Positions 27,564 through 37,921 of a stretch of DNA of 64,000 bases are shown piece by piece. The notes beneath the pieces were generated by a model. The model had not been told where the DNA came from, made no database searches, and was given only the letters and a program-made list of their open reading frames with translations. How positions within the stretch are numbered: position 1 is the first letter of the stretch; every line of letters starts with the position of its first letter. A program made the translations under genes and the position numbers. The stretch comes from Verrucomicrobiota bacterium (GTDB lineage Bacteria; Verrucomicrobiota; Kiritimatiellia; CAIQIC01; JAGNIJ01), in contig JAKLGK010000006.1 of the NCBI GenBank assembly GCA_022710725.1, positions 257,605 through 321,604 on the forward strand, given 5' to 3'.

Positions 27564-27639
27564 GGCATCGCCCCGGGGGAAAGATAAGGCAACAAGGGCC
27601 GCCGCGGCAAGGGAAAGCGGCCGGCGGGAGGGGGGCCCG

Positions 27640-27667
27640 TTGACTTTTCAAGGGCAGCTTGTAGAGT
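27640..27667 (+). promoter_or_regulatory. Candidate sigma70-like promoter (TTGACT, 16-nt spacer, TAGAGT) upstream of nqrA.
   Basis: Hexamers were read from the sequence about 40 bp upstream of the nqrA ATG. No strong Shine-Dalgarno is present, so this is speculative. Confidence 0.3.
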
Positions 27668-27707
27668 ACTGCGGAGTCTCTGACCGGCTGGACGACGCCG
27701 GGCCTTC

Positions 27708-29078
27708 ATGAACACGTGCACGCTTAAAAAGGGCATGAATATACCGCTGGGCGGGGCGCCGGAGGCCGTTCTGGCCGAGGGGGGGCCCGCGGCGCGAATC
27801 ACCCTTTACCCGAACGAGTTTGAGGGGATCAAGCCCCGGCCCGCGGTCAAGGTCGGCGACGCGGTGAAGCGCGGCACCATCCTATATTATAGTAAGAGGC
27901 ACGCCGCCCTCACATTCCGCTCGCCGGCCGCGGGAACCGTCGAGGAACTTGCGCTGGGGCATCGCCGCATGCTGGAGCGCATCGTGATCCGGTTCGGCGC
28001 GTCGGACGACGTGGAGCCGCTGTCCCGCTTCGAGGCCGGGCGGATCGGGAGCTTGTCCCGCGAGCAGATTCTGGCGGCGCTGCTGGATACGGGCTATCTC
28101 GCCTTGCTGAAGCAGAGGCCGTTCTCCCGCATTCCCGACCCGGCCGCCCGGCCAAAATCCATTTTTGTCAACGCCATGAACACGGCGCCGTTCCAGCCGG
28201 ACGCGGCCGTGATCGTCCGCGGACAGGAAACCGCATTCCAGGCCGGCCTGGACGCGATGACCCGGCTCACGGCCGGGAAGGTGCGGCTGTGCCTGCCCGG
28301 CGGCCGGGCCGACCTGCCCCCGGCGCTGACCGCCGCGAAGAACGTGGAGATACATTACTTCGCAGGCCCGCATCCCGCGGGCAATTCCAGCGTGCATATC
28401 CACCACCTCGACCCGATTCGCCCGCACGACGTGGTCTGGACGGTCAGGGCCGTGGACCTCGTGCAGATCGGGCGGCTCCTGCTCGACGGCGCCATGCCGC
28501 CGGACCGCGTCGTCACGCTGGCGGGGCCCGGCGTGCGCGAGGGCGAACGTCGCTATTATCGGGTCCGGCTCGGCGCGCCGATCGAGGCGCTGCTCCAGGG
28601 CCGCCTCGCGCCCGGGGAGCAGCGGATCGTCGCGGGCGACGTGCTGGCCGGCAAGCGCGTGGCGCCGGACAGCGCGCTCCGGTTCCAGGATTCGGGAATC
28701 TGCGTCCTGCCCGAGGGCCGGGAGCGGCATTTCCTGGGCTGGATCGCGCCGGGCTGGAACCGGTTCAGCTGGTCGCCGACTTTCCTCTCCACCTGGCTGC
28801 GGCGCGGGGCGCAGTGGGCGCTGGACACGAGCCGCCGCGGCAGTCCGCGGGCCATGGTGCTGACCGGCCTGTACGACCGCTACGTTCCGATGCGGATCAT
28901 GACCGATTACCTCCTGCGCGCGGTGCTGGCGCGCGACACGGACGAGGCCGTGAAACTGGGCCTCCTGGAGGTCGATCCCGAGGACTTCGCGCTGTGCGCG
29001 TTCGCCTGCCCGTCGAAGATGGACCTCGTCGGCATCATCCGCCGCGGCCTGGCCGAGGCGGAGAAGGAAGGGATTTGA
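27708..29078 (+). CDS. nqrA: Na+-translocating NADH:quinone oxidoreductase subunit A.
   Basis: N-terminus TLKKGMNIPLGGAPE, the expected length and the operon position. Confidence 0.88.
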   Translation: MNTCTLKKGMNIPLGGAPEAVLAEGGPAARITLYPNEFEGIKPRPAVKVGDAVKRGTILYYSKRHAALTFRSPAAGTVEELALGHRRMLERIVIRFGASDDVEPLSRFEAGRIGSLSREQILAALLDTGYLALLKQRPFSRIPDPAARPKSIFVNAMNTAPFQPDAAVIVRGQETAFQAGLDAMTRLTAGKVRLCLPGGRADLPPALTAAKNVEIHYFAGPHPAGNSSVHIHHLDPIRPHDVVWTVRAVDLVQIGRLLLDGAMPPDRVVTLAGPGVREGERRYYRVRLGAPIEALLQGRLAPGEQRIVAGDVLAGKRVAPDSALRFQDSGICVLPEGRERHFLGWIAPGWNRFSWSPTFLSTWLRRGAQWALDTSRRGSPRAMVLTGLYDRYVPMRIMTDYLLRAVLARDTDEAVKLGLLEVDPEDFALCAFACPSKMDLVGIIRRGLAEAEKEGI

Positions 29079-29158
29079 ACGGAAGGCGCGAAGGGCGCGA
29101 AGACGGAAGAGCAGGAGCAGGAGCAAGAAGCTGAATCCTGTACCCTAGAAATGCTTCG

Positions 29159-30367
29159 ATGAAAATTGCGGAACAGATGCTGGACAGGATGCGTCCGCTG
29201 TTTGCGCCGGGCAGGCCGCTGCATCTTTTCCATGCCGTGTTCGACGCGACGGACACCTTCCTGCTTACCCCGCCGGACGTGACGGACGGGCCGCCGCACG
29301 TCCGGGACGCGGTGGACATGAAGCGGGTGATGATGTTCGTGGTCATCGCCCTGATCCCCTGCACACTGTTTGGCGTCTTCAACGCTGGGTATATGTACAA
29401 CACGGTCAACGGGGTGCCCGGGGCTGGCTTCGTGCAGCACGTTCTCCGGGGCCTGCGCCTCGTGCTTCCGATCATCATCACGTCGTACGCCGTCGGCGGG
29501 TTCTGGGAGGTCGTATTCGCCACGGTGCGCAAGCACGAGATCAACGAGGGCTTCCTGGTGACCGGCCTGCTGTTCCCGCTGACCCTGCCTCCGACGATCC
29601 CGCTCTGGCAGGTGGCGGTGGGGATCTCGTTCGGGGTGGTGATCGGCAAGGAGATCTTCGGCGGCACGGGGTTCAACGTGCTCAACCCGGCGCTGACCGC
29701 GCGGGCGTTCCTCTACTTTGCATACCCGGCGCAGATCTCGGGCGACAAGGTCTGGGCCGGCGTGGCCGACTGGGCGCACGTGGCCGACGGGTTCACGGGC
29801 GCGACTTCGCTGGCCGCGGCCAAGGCGGCGCCGGCCGGCGCGAACGCGATGGAGTTCCTCAAGGAATCCGGCTTCACGCTCCAGCGCATGATCGTCGGCC
29901 TGGAGCCCGGCAGCATCGGCGAGACGTCCGCGATCGCGGTGGCGCTCGGCCTGCTGGTCCTCGTGCTGACGGGCATCGGCTCCTGGCGGATCATCGCGGG
30001 CGGCCTGCTGGGCCTGGCGGTGACGGGCACGCTGCTCAACCTCCTCCCCGAGGCGACTCGCCTGGCGAACCCGGTGCTCCAGTTGCCCTTCTACTTCGAC
30101 TTGGTCATGGGCGGCGTTTTCTTCGGCATCGTGTTCATGGCCACCGACCCGGTTTCCGCGGCGGCTACGCCCGCGGGCAAGTGGATCTACGGGTTCCTGA
30201 TCGGCCTGATGACCGTCGTCATCCGCGCGTTCAATCCCGCGTACCCGGCGGGGAACATGCTGGCCATCCTGTTCTGCAACGTGACGGCCCCGCTGCTGGA
30301 CCATATCGTGCTGCAGGCGCACATCCGCGGACGGCAACGCTACCTGGCGAGGATGAACCATGGCTAA
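29159..30367 (+). CDS. nqrB: Na+-NQR subunit B.
   Basis: A polytopic membrane protein with a conserved NqrB/RnfD-like core. It is second in the operon. Confidence 0.88.
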   Translation: MKIAEQMLDRMRPLFAPGRPLHLFHAVFDATDTFLLTPPDVTDGPPHVRDAVDMKRVMMFVVIALIPCTLFGVFNAGYMYNTVNGVPGAGFVQHVLRGLRLVLPIIITSYAVGGFWEVVFATVRKHEINEGFLVTGLLFPLTLPPTIPLWQVAVGISFGVVIGKEIFGGTGFNVLNPALTARAFLYFAYPAQISGDKVWAGVADWAHVADGFTGATSLAAAKAAPAGANAMEFLKESGFTLQRMIVGLEPGSIGETSAIAVALGLLVLVLTGIGSWRIIAGGLLGLAVTGTLLNLLPEATRLANPVLQLPFYFDLVMGGVFFGIVFMATDPVSAAATPAGKWIYGFLIGLMTVVIRAFNPAYPAGNMLAILFCNVTAPLLDHIVLQAHIRGRQRYLARMNHG

Positions 30368-31088
30368 GGGCGACGCCTATACGCTGGGCTACGCGGCGGC
30401 CGTTTGCGTCGCGTGCAGCCTGCTGCTGTCGGGCACGGCCGCCCTCCTGAAGTCGAAGCAGGACTTCCAGGTGGAACTGGATCGCAAGGTCAACGTGCTC
30501 AAGGCGTTCGGCGTCGCCACGATCGACGGGCAGGGGCGGGCCATCGGCGGCGAGGAGGTCGAGAAGATCTTCGGCGAGCACATCTCGGAGGTCGTGCTCG
30601 ACGGGGAGACGGGGCAGGTCCTGCCCGGCCTCGCGGTCCGCGACGTGTCCCGGGACGACCTGGAGGGCAAGAAGAAGCTGCCCCTGTTCCTCTGGAAGGA
30701 CGGGGACCGCGTGACGCGCTATGCCTTCCCGATTTCGGGGAAGGGCCTGTGGTCCACGATCTACGGGTACCTCGCCCTCGGCGAGGACTTGAGCACGATC
30801 CTCGGCGTGACCTTCTACCGCCACGGCGAGACGCCCGGCCTCGGCGCGGAGATCTCCACCGACGCCTTCCAGAAGCAGTTCGTCGGCAAGAAGGTTTTCA
30901 AGGACGGGCGGCTGCAGCCGATCGAGGTGGTCAAGGGGCGCGTGGCGAACCGTTATCCGGAGGGAAGCGACCGCGCCGTGGACGGCATCAGCGGCGCGAC
31001 GCTGACGGGCAACGGGATCAACCGTTTCCTGAACGGGGACCTTGAGAAGTACGAGACATACTTTGCCGGCATTCGCGGCGGAGGATGA
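30360..31088 (+). CDS. nqrC: Na+-NQR subunit C (FMN-binding).
   Basis: [18 protein letters not shown] and [12 protein letters not shown]-attachment region. Confidence 0.88.
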   Translation: MAKGDAYTLGYAAAVCVACSLLLSGTAALLKSKQDFQVELDRKVNVLKAFGVATIDGQGRAIGGEEVEKIFGEHISEVVLDGETGQVLPGLAVRDVSRDDLEGKKKLPLFLWKDGDRVTRYAFPISGKGLWSTIYGYLALGEDLSTILGVTFYRHGETPGLGAEISTDAFQKQFVGKKVFKDGRLQPIEVVKGRVANRYPEGSDRAVDGISGATLTGNGINRFLNGDLEKYETYFAGIRGGG

Positions 31089-31714
31089 GCGGCATGGCGG
31101 GCAACCTTAAAAAGGTGCTGGTGGATCCGTTGTCGGAGAACAACCCGGTGACGATACAGATCCTCGGCATCTGCTCGTCGCTGGCCGTCACCGTCAAGCT
31201 GGAGACCGCGCTGGTCATGGCGATCGGGCTGACGGTGGTCACCGCCGGCTCGAACTGGGTCATCTCGCTGCTGCGCAACACGATCCCGAGCAAGATCCGG
31301 ATGATCGTGGAGATGGCCGTGGTGTCGGTGCTGGTGATCGTGGCGGACCAGTTCCTGCGGGCCTACCTGTTCGAGATCAGCCGGCAGTTGAGCGTGTTCG
31401 TGGGCCTGATCATCACCAACTGCATCGTCATGGGGCGGCTGGAGGCCTATGCTCTTCAGAATCCGCCGGGGTTGTCGTTCCTCGACGGGATCGGCAACGG
31501 ATTGGGCTACAGCCTCGTGCTGGTCATCGTCGCGTCGGTGCGCGAGATCCTCGGCTCGGGGAAGTGGCTCGGCTTCCGGGTCATCCCGGAGGCGGCCTAC
31601 AGCGCGGGGTACATCAACAACGGGTTCATGCTGCTGGCCCCGGGCGCGTTCATCGTGCTGGGGCTGCTGATCTGGGTGCAGCGGACGCTGTCGAAGAAGT
31701 TTGAAACGGACTAA
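31085..31714 (+). CDS. nqrD: Na+-NQR subunit D.
   Basis: NqrD/RnfE-like membrane protein ([21 protein letters not shown]). Confidence 0.88.
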   Translation: MSGMAGNLKKVLVDPLSENNPVTIQILGICSSLAVTVKLETALVMAIGLTVVTAGSNWVISLLRNTIPSKIRMIVEMAVVSVLVIVADQFLRAYLFEISRQLSVFVGLIITNCIVMGRLEAYALQNPPGLSFLDGIGNGLGYSLVLVIVASVREILGSGKWLGFRVIPEAAYSAGYINNGFMLLAPGAFIVLGLLIWVQRTLSKKFETD

Positions 31715-31722
31715 GGGCGAAC

Positions 31723-32337
31723 ATGGAACTGATCAGCCTGGCGATACGGTCGATCTTCATCGAGAACATCCTGCTCTCGACGTTCCTCGGGATGTGCTCG
31801 TTCCTGGCCATCTCGAAGCGGATCGACACGGCCATGGGCCTGGGCGCGGCGGTGATCTTCGTCCAGTTCATCACCGTGCCGGCGAACTGGGCGATCAAGC
31901 ATTTCTTCCTGGAGCCCGGCGCCCTGGCCTGGACGGGGGTCCCGGCCCTGGCGGCGCTGGACCTATCGTTCCTGATTTTCATCTGCTTCATCGCCGTCAT
32001 CGCCTGCCTCGTGCAGTTCGTCGAGATGGTCCTGGACCGGTTCTTCCCGCCGCTCTACCAGTCGCTCGGCATCTTCCTGCCGCTGATCACGGTCAACTGC
32101 GCGATCCTCGGCGGCTCGCTGTTCATGGTCGAGCGCAACTACACCTTCGTGCAGTCCGTCGTGTACGGCTTCTCGTCCGGCGCCGGCTGGGCGCTGGCCA
32201 TCACCTGCATGGGCGCGATCCGCAAGAAGCTGCGCTACTCCAACATCCCGCCGGGCCTGAAGGGCCTCGGGATCACGATGCTGCTGACGGGCCTGATGGC
32301 GATGGCGTTCATGTGCTTCTCGGGGATCAGCCTGTAG
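31723..32337 (+). CDS. nqrE: Na+-NQR subunit E.
   Basis: NqrE/RnfA-like membrane protein ([19 protein letters not shown]). Confidence 0.88.
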   Translation: MELISLAIRSIFIENILLSTFLGMCSFLAISKRIDTAMGLGAAVIFVQFITVPANWAIKHFFLEPGALAWTGVPALAALDLSFLIFICFIAVIACLVQFVEMVLDRFFPPLYQSLGIFLPLITVNCAILGGSLFMVERNYTFVQSVVYGFSSGAGWALAITCMGAIRKKLRYSNIPPGLKGLGITMLLTGLMAMAFMCFSGISL

Positions 32338-32346
32338 GCGGAAAAC

Positions 32347-33573
32347 ATGGAACACCCGGTCCTCTACATCCTGGCGAGCGTGGCGGTGTTCACGGGGATC
32401 ATCCTGTTCCTCACCGCCGGCCTGATGATCGCGTCGCGCCGCCTGGCGCCGAGCGGGCCCGTGACCATCGACATCAACGAGGGCTACAAGAAGCTGACGG
32501 TGGACGCGGGGGCCACGCTGCTGTCCTCGCTGGCTTCCGAGCGCATCTTCCTGCCGTCGGCCTGCGGCGGCGGCGGGACCTGCGCGATGTGCAAGTGCAC
32601 CGTGACCGACGGCGGCGGGAGCATCCTGCCGACGGAGACCGGGCATATCAGCAAGCAGCAGGCCAAGGAGGGGCTGCGCCTGGCGTGCCAGTTGAAGGTC
32701 AAGCGCGACCTCAAGATACGGATCCCGTCCGACGTGCTCGAGATCCGGAAGTTCGAGGGCACGGTGCGGTCGAACCGCAACGTGGCGACGTTCATCAAGG
32801 AGCTGGTGATCGACCTTCCCGCGGGCACGGACCTCAAGTACCGGGCGGGCGGGTACATCCAGATCGACATCCCGCCGTACGAGCTGGCCTACCGCGATTT
32901 CGACATCGACGAGCGGTTCCGCGACGCGTGGGACGCGTTCAGGCTCTGGGACCTGAAGGTGAAAAGCGCCGAGCCCATCTTCCGAGCCTACTCCATGGCG
33001 AGCTATCCCGCCGAGGGCAACCTGGTGAAGCTCAACGTCCGCATCGCCACGCCGCCGCCCGGGATGAACGCGCCGCCGGGGATCGCGTCGAGTTACATCT
33101 TCGGCCTCAAGCCTAGCGACAAGGTCGTGGTCAGCGGGCCGTACGGCGAGTTCTTCGCCAGGGAGAGCGACCGCGAGATGCTGTACATCGGCGGCGGCGC
33201 GGGCATGGCCCCGCTGCGCAGCCACATCATGGACCTGCTGGTCACGAAGAAATCGAATCGCAAGATCAGCTTCTGGTACGGCGCGCGGTCGCTGCGCGAG
33301 ATGTTCTACGAGGAGGACTTCCGGAAGCTGGAGCGGGAGCACCCGAACTTCAAATTCCATATCGCGTTGAGCGAGCCGCGACCCGAGGATGACTGGAAGG
33401 GGCCCGTGGGTTTCATCCATTCGGTCGTCCACGACCGCTACCTGGCGAACCACGAAGACCCGTCCGAGATCGAGTATTACATGTGCGGCCCGCCGCCCAT
33501 GATCGCCGCCGTCAACGCCATGCTGTACAATGTCGGCGTGGACAAGGACATGATTGCCTACGACGAGTTCTGA
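32347..33573 (+). CDS. nqrF: Na+-NQR subunit F (2Fe-2S ferredoxin and FAD/NADH-binding reductase).
   Basis: N-terminal TM helix, 2Fe-2S motif CGGGGTCAMCKC, and an FNR-like domain with RAYSMAS and MLYIGGGAGMAP. Confidence 0.9.
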   Translation: MEHPVLYILASVAVFTGIILFLTAGLMIASRRLAPSGPVTIDINEGYKKLTVDAGATLLSSLASERIFLPSACGGGGTCAMCKCTVTDGGGSILPTETGHISKQQAKEGLRLACQLKVKRDLKIRIPSDVLEIRKFEGTVRSNRNVATFIKELVIDLPAGTDLKYRAGGYIQIDIPPYELAYRDFDIDERFRDAWDAFRLWDLKVKSAEPIFRAYSMASYPAEGNLVKLNVRIATPPPGMNAPPGIASSYIFGLKPSDKVVVSGPYGEFFARESDREMLYIGGGAGMAPLRSHIMDLLVTKKSNRKISFWYGARSLREMFYEEDFRKLEREHPNFKFHIALSEPRPEDDWKGPVGFIHSVVHDRYLANHEDPSEIEYYMCGPPPMIAAVNAMLYNVGVDKDMIAYDEF

Positions 33574-33576
33574 CGC

Positions 33577-34659
33577 ATGCTCGTCCAGCCCCGCAGAATG
33601 AATCCATGGAAGCTGCTCTGGGTCCTGGCGGTGATCTTGGCCTTCGCCGCCTTCACCTGGCGCCGCGATCCGCCGGGTCCGAAAAATCCCTCGTGGGCCG
33701 GAGAGACGATGGGCACCCTGTACTCGATCAAGCTGGCCGATTCGCCGTTGGGGCAGGGCGCGCTGCGCGAATTGCAGGCCGAGGTGGACCGCTGCCTGGT
33801 CGAGGTTAACCGCGAAATGTCCCACTACCAACCGGACAGCGAACTTTCGCAGTTCAATCGTCACGAATCCGCCGAGCCGTTCCCGGTGTCGCCCGGGTTC
33901 GCGAGCGTAGTCCGCTTTGCCCTCGAGTTAAACCGGCGGTCGGGCGGTGTTTTCGATCCCACGCTGGGCCCGCTCATCGACTTGTGGGGATTCGGCGCGC
34001 CGGGTCATGTGAGCGAGCCGCCTTCGCCGGCGCAGGTCGAGGAGGCGCGGGCGCGGATCGGCGGACAGCATCTCTCCGTCACTCCGGCGGGACAGCTGGT
34101 CAAGGGGATTCCCAGCCTTCGCCTGAACCTGGGCGCCGTGGCCAAGGGCTACGGGGTGGACGAAGTGGCGCGGGTGATCCGCGCGAACGGCATCAGCAAC
34201 CTGTTCGTCGAGATCGGCGGCGAAGTCGTCACCGCCGGCCACAATGCCGAGGGGCAAGCGTGGCGGATCGGCGTGGATGCGCCGCGCCCCGATGCGCTGC
34301 CCGGGCAGGAGTTGGAGACCATCCTTCACCTGTCCGGCCTCGCGGTCGCCACGTCCGGCGACTACCGGAACTACTTCGTGGACGGCGCAGGGATGCGGTT
34401 CACGCACATTCTCGATCCGCGCACCGGCCGGCCGATCCAGCATAACCTGGCCAGCGTCTCCGTGGTGGCGCCGGATTGCATGACGGCGGATGGCCTGGCC
34501 ACGACGCTGTTCGTCATGGGCGCCGAGGAGGGGATGAAGTGGATCGGGTCCTGGCCGGGCGTCGAGGCGCTTTTCATCCTGCGGGAGCCCGATGGCCGGT
34601 TCGTCTGCCGGCCGACCCCGGGCTTCGTGGCCTTGACCGGCTGTGCGCTCCCCGAGTGA
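33577..34659 (+). CDS. apbE: FAD:protein FMN transferase (flavin transferase for NqrB/NqrC).
   Basis: ApbE-family motifs (FDPTLGPLIDLWGFG, AKGYGVD, TSGDYRNYF). It is in the canonical position after nqrF. Confidence 0.85.
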   Translation: MLVQPRRMNPWKLLWVLAVILAFAAFTWRRDPPGPKNPSWAGETMGTLYSIKLADSPLGQGALRELQAEVDRCLVEVNREMSHYQPDSELSQFNRHESAEPFPVSPGFASVVRFALELNRRSGGVFDPTLGPLIDLWGFGAPGHVSEPPSPAQVEEARARIGGQHLSVTPAGQLVKGIPSLRLNLGAVAKGYGVDEVARVIRANGISNLFVEIGGEVVTAGHNAEGQAWRIGVDAPRPDALPGQELETILHLSGLAVATSGDYRNYFVDGAGMRFTHILDPRTGRPIQHNLASVSVVAPDCMTADGLATTLFVMGAEEGMKWIGSWPGVEALFILREPDGRFVCRPTPGFVALTGCALPE

Positions 34660-34757
34660 TCCCCGCGCGTCCGGGCGCCGGGTCGTCTTCCTGGCTCCGG
34701 CTGTTCTGCTCATGCCGGCTCGTTCAGGGCCCCCGCCCGCCAATCCTGCCGGACTTG

Positions 34758-34791
34758 TATTCATATATAGCCATATGGCTATATATGAATA
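34758..34791. repeat. 34-bp perfect AT-rich palindrome TATTCATATATAGCCATATGGCTATATATGAATA.
   Basis: Read from the sequence and self-complementary. It lies in the apbE-sppA intergenic region and is 76% AT in a ~68% GC context. Confidence 0.9.
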
Positions 34792-34923
34792 AAAGACCGG
34801 CTTTTTCGCAACGCGGAGCCGGGCGGGCCAGCGGGGACGGCGACGGGCAATCTGGCTCGGCGCATCGTTGCCGCCAATAGCCGCGCTTGCGCCGGCCGCG
34901 GGCAGGCCTTATCCTTTGAGCCC

Positions 34924-35931
34924 ATGGACAAAACGCACTCGGGCTCTCATGTCGGATTCTGGGCCGTCATCCTGCTGCTGCTGATCGCGCTCGTCGGCAG
35001 CCTGGCGATGAACGCCGGGCTTCTCCTGGGCCGCGCCCTGACGGGCTGGAGCCCGGAAGAGGAGGAAGCCGAAGACGAGTTTCCCGCCTTCGACGAGGTC
35101 TGGTCGTGGGGGGAGGGCGAGGCCAAGGTGGTCCGCATCCCCATCCAGGGCGAGTTGTTCCACTATGTCTCGGAGGGCTCCCTTTTCTCGCCCTCGTTCG
35201 ACCCGATCGAATCAATCCTCCGGCAGATCCGCGCGGCGCAGAACGACGAGGACGTCGTGGCCCTCATCCTGGAAGTCAGCTCGCCGGGCGGCGACATGAC
35301 GTCCGCCGACGAAATCTACCAGGCGGTCCAGAAATTCAAGGCCAGCGGCGAGGATCGCCGCGTGATCGCCCACGTCCAGGACCTGGCGGCCTCCGGCGGG
35401 TATTACGCCATCCTGCCGGCCGACCGGATCGTCGCCGAGCCCACCGCCATGCTGGGCTCCATCGGCGTGATCATGCAGACGCTCAACTGGAAGACGCTCG
35501 GCGAGAAGCTGGGCATCGCCGATACCACCATCAAGTCCGGCGAGCACAAGGACCTGCTCAATCCCTTCCGCGAAGTGTCGGAGGAGCAGCGGGCGATCCT
35601 CCAGAAGATCGTGGATTCCGCGTACAGCCGGTTCTTCGATCTCGTGGTGACCAACCGCGGCGTCGAGCCGGCGAAGCTGCGCGAGCTCGCGGACGGGCGG
35701 GTCTTCGACGCGTCCGTAGCCCTGGAAGGGGGGCTGATCGACGACATCGGCTACTGGACCGACGTGCTCGACCAGTTGCCGGAAGTGACCGGGGAGGACT
35801 CCGTGAAGATCGTGCGGTATTCCCACTCGCTGACTTTCTCCGACTGGCTGGGCTCCGTGCATGCGCGTTTCCGGTGGCCCCGCTGGATCCAGTCGGACGC
35901 CCCCCGCCTGATGTACCTGTGGCGGCCGTGA
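34924..35931 (+). CDS. sppA: Signal peptide peptidase SppA (S49 family, 36K type).
   Basis: N-terminal TM helix and the S49 catalytic region LAASGGYYAI. The size and layout fit the SppA 36K type. Confidence 0.78.
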   Translation: MDKTHSGSHVGFWAVILLLLIALVGSLAMNAGLLLGRALTGWSPEEEEAEDEFPAFDEVWSWGEGEAKVVRIPIQGELFHYVSEGSLFSPSFDPIESILRQIRAAQNDEDVVALILEVSSPGGDMTSADEIYQAVQKFKASGEDRRVIAHVQDLAASGGYYAILPADRIVAEPTAMLGSIGVIMQTLNWKTLGEKLGIADTTIKSGEHKDLLNPFREVSEEQRAILQKIVDSAYSRFFDLVVTNRGVEPAKLRELADGRVFDASVALEGGLIDDIGYWTDVLDQLPEVTGEDSVKIVRYSHSLTFSDWLGSVHARFRWPRWIQSDAPRLMYLWRP

Positions 35932-36033
35932 GCGCCGGTCCGGCCTCTCCGGGGATGGGAAATGCGCGCCCGTTTTCCAAGCAACGGAAAAACTAGGCAT
36001 CCGGCGGGGTTTCGCTAGAATAACCAAGGAGAG

Positions 36034-37128
36034 ATGCTCTACCGCCTCATAGTGTTGAGCGGGCCGCTCAAGGGCCGCCGCCTGACCGTGGAGCGCGCCC
36101 CGACCACGGTCGGCCGCGATCCTGCCTGTTCCATTCATCTGGACGACGAGGAGGTGGCGCTCCGGCACGCCGTGTTCGAGCATAACGACACCGGGCTGGT
36201 CGTCCGCGATCTCGGCACGATGAACCGCGTGCTGGTGAACAAGCGGGAGGTCCGCGAGGCGCACCTGCGGCATGGCGACGAGATCGAGATCGGCCGGACC
36301 CGCTTTCTTGTCCAGGCCCTCCTCCAGACCGAGGTCGAGGCGCCGGCGGAAGAGGAGGGCGAGCCCCGCCGCGGGCTGGGCGCGACGCCGAGGGTCCTGC
36401 TGCTGCTTCTCCTCTTTCTCGCGCTGTTCATCGCGTACCAGCGATGGGCCGCCCAGCGCACCCGCCCGACGACCGCGTTCCGTCCCCCGGTCGAGACGCC
36501 GGCCGTCGCGCCGTCCAATGTCCCCGCCCCGATCGAGCCGCCCGCCTTGCCGCCCCAGATGGAGGAAGAACTCCGGTCCATGCGGGCGACGCTGGCCACG
36601 ATCAAGGAGACCGTCGAGGACCTGGGCACCCGGACCGCCATGCCGCCCGCCGCGCCGGTCAGCCCGGCGGTCCCGTCGGAGCCCCCGGTCCCTTCGCCGG
36701 ACTACACGGCGTGGCTCGCCATCGAGAGCGTCGAACAGGTCAAGCTGCCCCAGGACGACTCCCCCGACGAAGCCCGCCTGCTGCGCCTGCGCCTGCGCGC
36801 GGCGCCGGGCGTGACCATCGAGCCCGACGGCGTGCGGATGGAGGTCCAGCTGTTCATCCGCGAGGAGGAGACGCTGCGCATCTTCCCCGCCCGCGTCGAG
36901 GTGCTCGTCAGCCCGCCCGAATTTCACGACGGGGTTCTGACCAACGGCGGCTCGGCGATCGCCACGATGCAGTGCCGGGTCCCCGGCGCCGCGGGCCGCC
37001 TGGGCCGGTACTACGGGTTCCGGCTGAAACTGTTCTACAAGGACGTGCTCCAGGCCGAGGTGGACCGGCCGCGCACCCTCGCCGCCGACCTGTGGCGCGA
37101 GACCGACGGCGAGCTTTCTCCGGACTGA
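36034..37128 (+). CDS. FHA-domain membrane protein (N-terminal FHA, central TM helix, Pro-rich linker, C-terminal domain of unknown function).
   Basis: FHA motifs TVGRDPACSIHLDD, ALRHAVF, DLGTMNRVLVN and HGDEIEIGRTRF. One hydrophobic helix (VLLLLLLFLALFIAY) is present. Confidence 0.68.
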   Translation: MLYRLIVLSGPLKGRRLTVERAPTTVGRDPACSIHLDDEEVALRHAVFEHNDTGLVVRDLGTMNRVLVNKREVREAHLRHGDEIEIGRTRFLVQALLQTEVEAPAEEEGEPRRGLGATPRVLLLLLLFLALFIAYQRWAAQRTRPTTAFRPPVETPAVAPSNVPAPIEPPALPPQMEEELRSMRATLATIKETVEDLGTRTAMPPAAPVSPAVPSEPPVPSPDYTAWLAIESVEQVKLPQDDSPDEARLLRLRLRAAPGVTIEPDGVRMEVQLFIREEETLRIFPARVEVLVSPPEFHDGVLTNGGSAIATMQCRVPGAAGRLGRYYGFRLKLFYKDVLQAEVDRPRTLAADLWRETDGELSPD

Positions 37129-37134
37129 TCCGCC

Positions 37135-37914
37135 ATGCGCGAGAAGATATCCGCCTGCGTCATCTGCTTCAACGAGGAGCGGAAGATACGCCGCTGCCTC
37201 GCCAGCCTCTCGTGGTGCGACGAGATCATCGTGATGGACAGCTTCAGCACCGACCAGACCCCGGCCATCTGCCGCGAGTACACGGAACGGTTCTACCAGC
37301 ACGAGTGGCTCGGGTACATCGCCCAGCGCAACATGGTCCGCGACCTGGCGTTGTACCCGTGGATCCTCTACCTGGATTCCGACGAGGAGGTCTCGCCCGC
37401 GTTGCGCGACGAGATCCTGGCCGAGTTCGAGCGTGGCACCGATCCCTTCGTGGGCTACGAATTCCCGCGCCAGGTGTATTACATCGGGCGCTGGATCCGG
37501 CACGGCGAGTGGTACCCCGACGTCAAGCTGCGCCTGTTCCGCAAGAGCCGCGGCCGCACGGAGGGGATCGAGCCGCACGACACCGTGGTCGTCAAGGGCC
37601 CCGTCCAGCGGCTCCAGGCGCCCGTCTGGCACTATACCTACGACGATTTGCGCGACCACATGGACACCGCCAACCGGTTTTCCACGATCTCGGCCCAGCA
37701 GAAGTTCGTGCAGGAAGTGCCGTTCCGGTGGCTGGACCTGTTCCTGCGGCCGCCCTTCCATTTCCTCAAGGGCTACGTCCTGCGGGCCGGGTTCCTCGAC
37801 GGGATGCACGGCTTCATCATTGCCGTCATCAGCGCCTACGCCGCGTTCGCCAAGTATGCCAAGCTGTGGGAGCTCGAACGCCGGCACAAGCACCACTTCC
37901 GCGAACTGCCGTAG
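37135..37914 (+). CDS. Family 2 glycosyltransferase (LPS-core/KdtX-WaaE-like small GT2).
   Basis: ISACVICFNEERKIRRCLASL...IVMDSFSTDQT...DSDE motifs. Confidence 0.72.
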   Translation: MREKISACVICFNEERKIRRCLASLSWCDEIIVMDSFSTDQTPAICREYTERFYQHEWLGYIAQRNMVRDLALYPWILYLDSDEEVSPALRDEILAEFERGTDPFVGYEFPRQVYYIGRWIRHGEWYPDVKLRLFRKSRGRTEGIEPHDTVVVKGPVQRLQAPVWHYTYDDLRDHMDTANRFSTISAQQKFVQEVPFRWLDLFLRPPFHFLKGYVLRAGFLDGMHGFIIAVISAYAAFAKYAKLWELERRHKHHFRELP

Positions 37915-37921
37915 GGCAGGG

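Noticed and set aside
27882-29134. Minus-strand 414-aa and plus-strand 281-aa ORFs over nqrA, and a 484-aa minus-strand ORF over nqrB.
   Set aside because: They overlap highly conserved nqr genes. They are GC-frame artefacts.
31701-33864. 471-aa plus-strand and 633-aa minus-strand ORFs over nqrE and nqrF.
   Set aside because: Alternate-frame or antisense artefacts. nqrE and nqrF are unambiguous.
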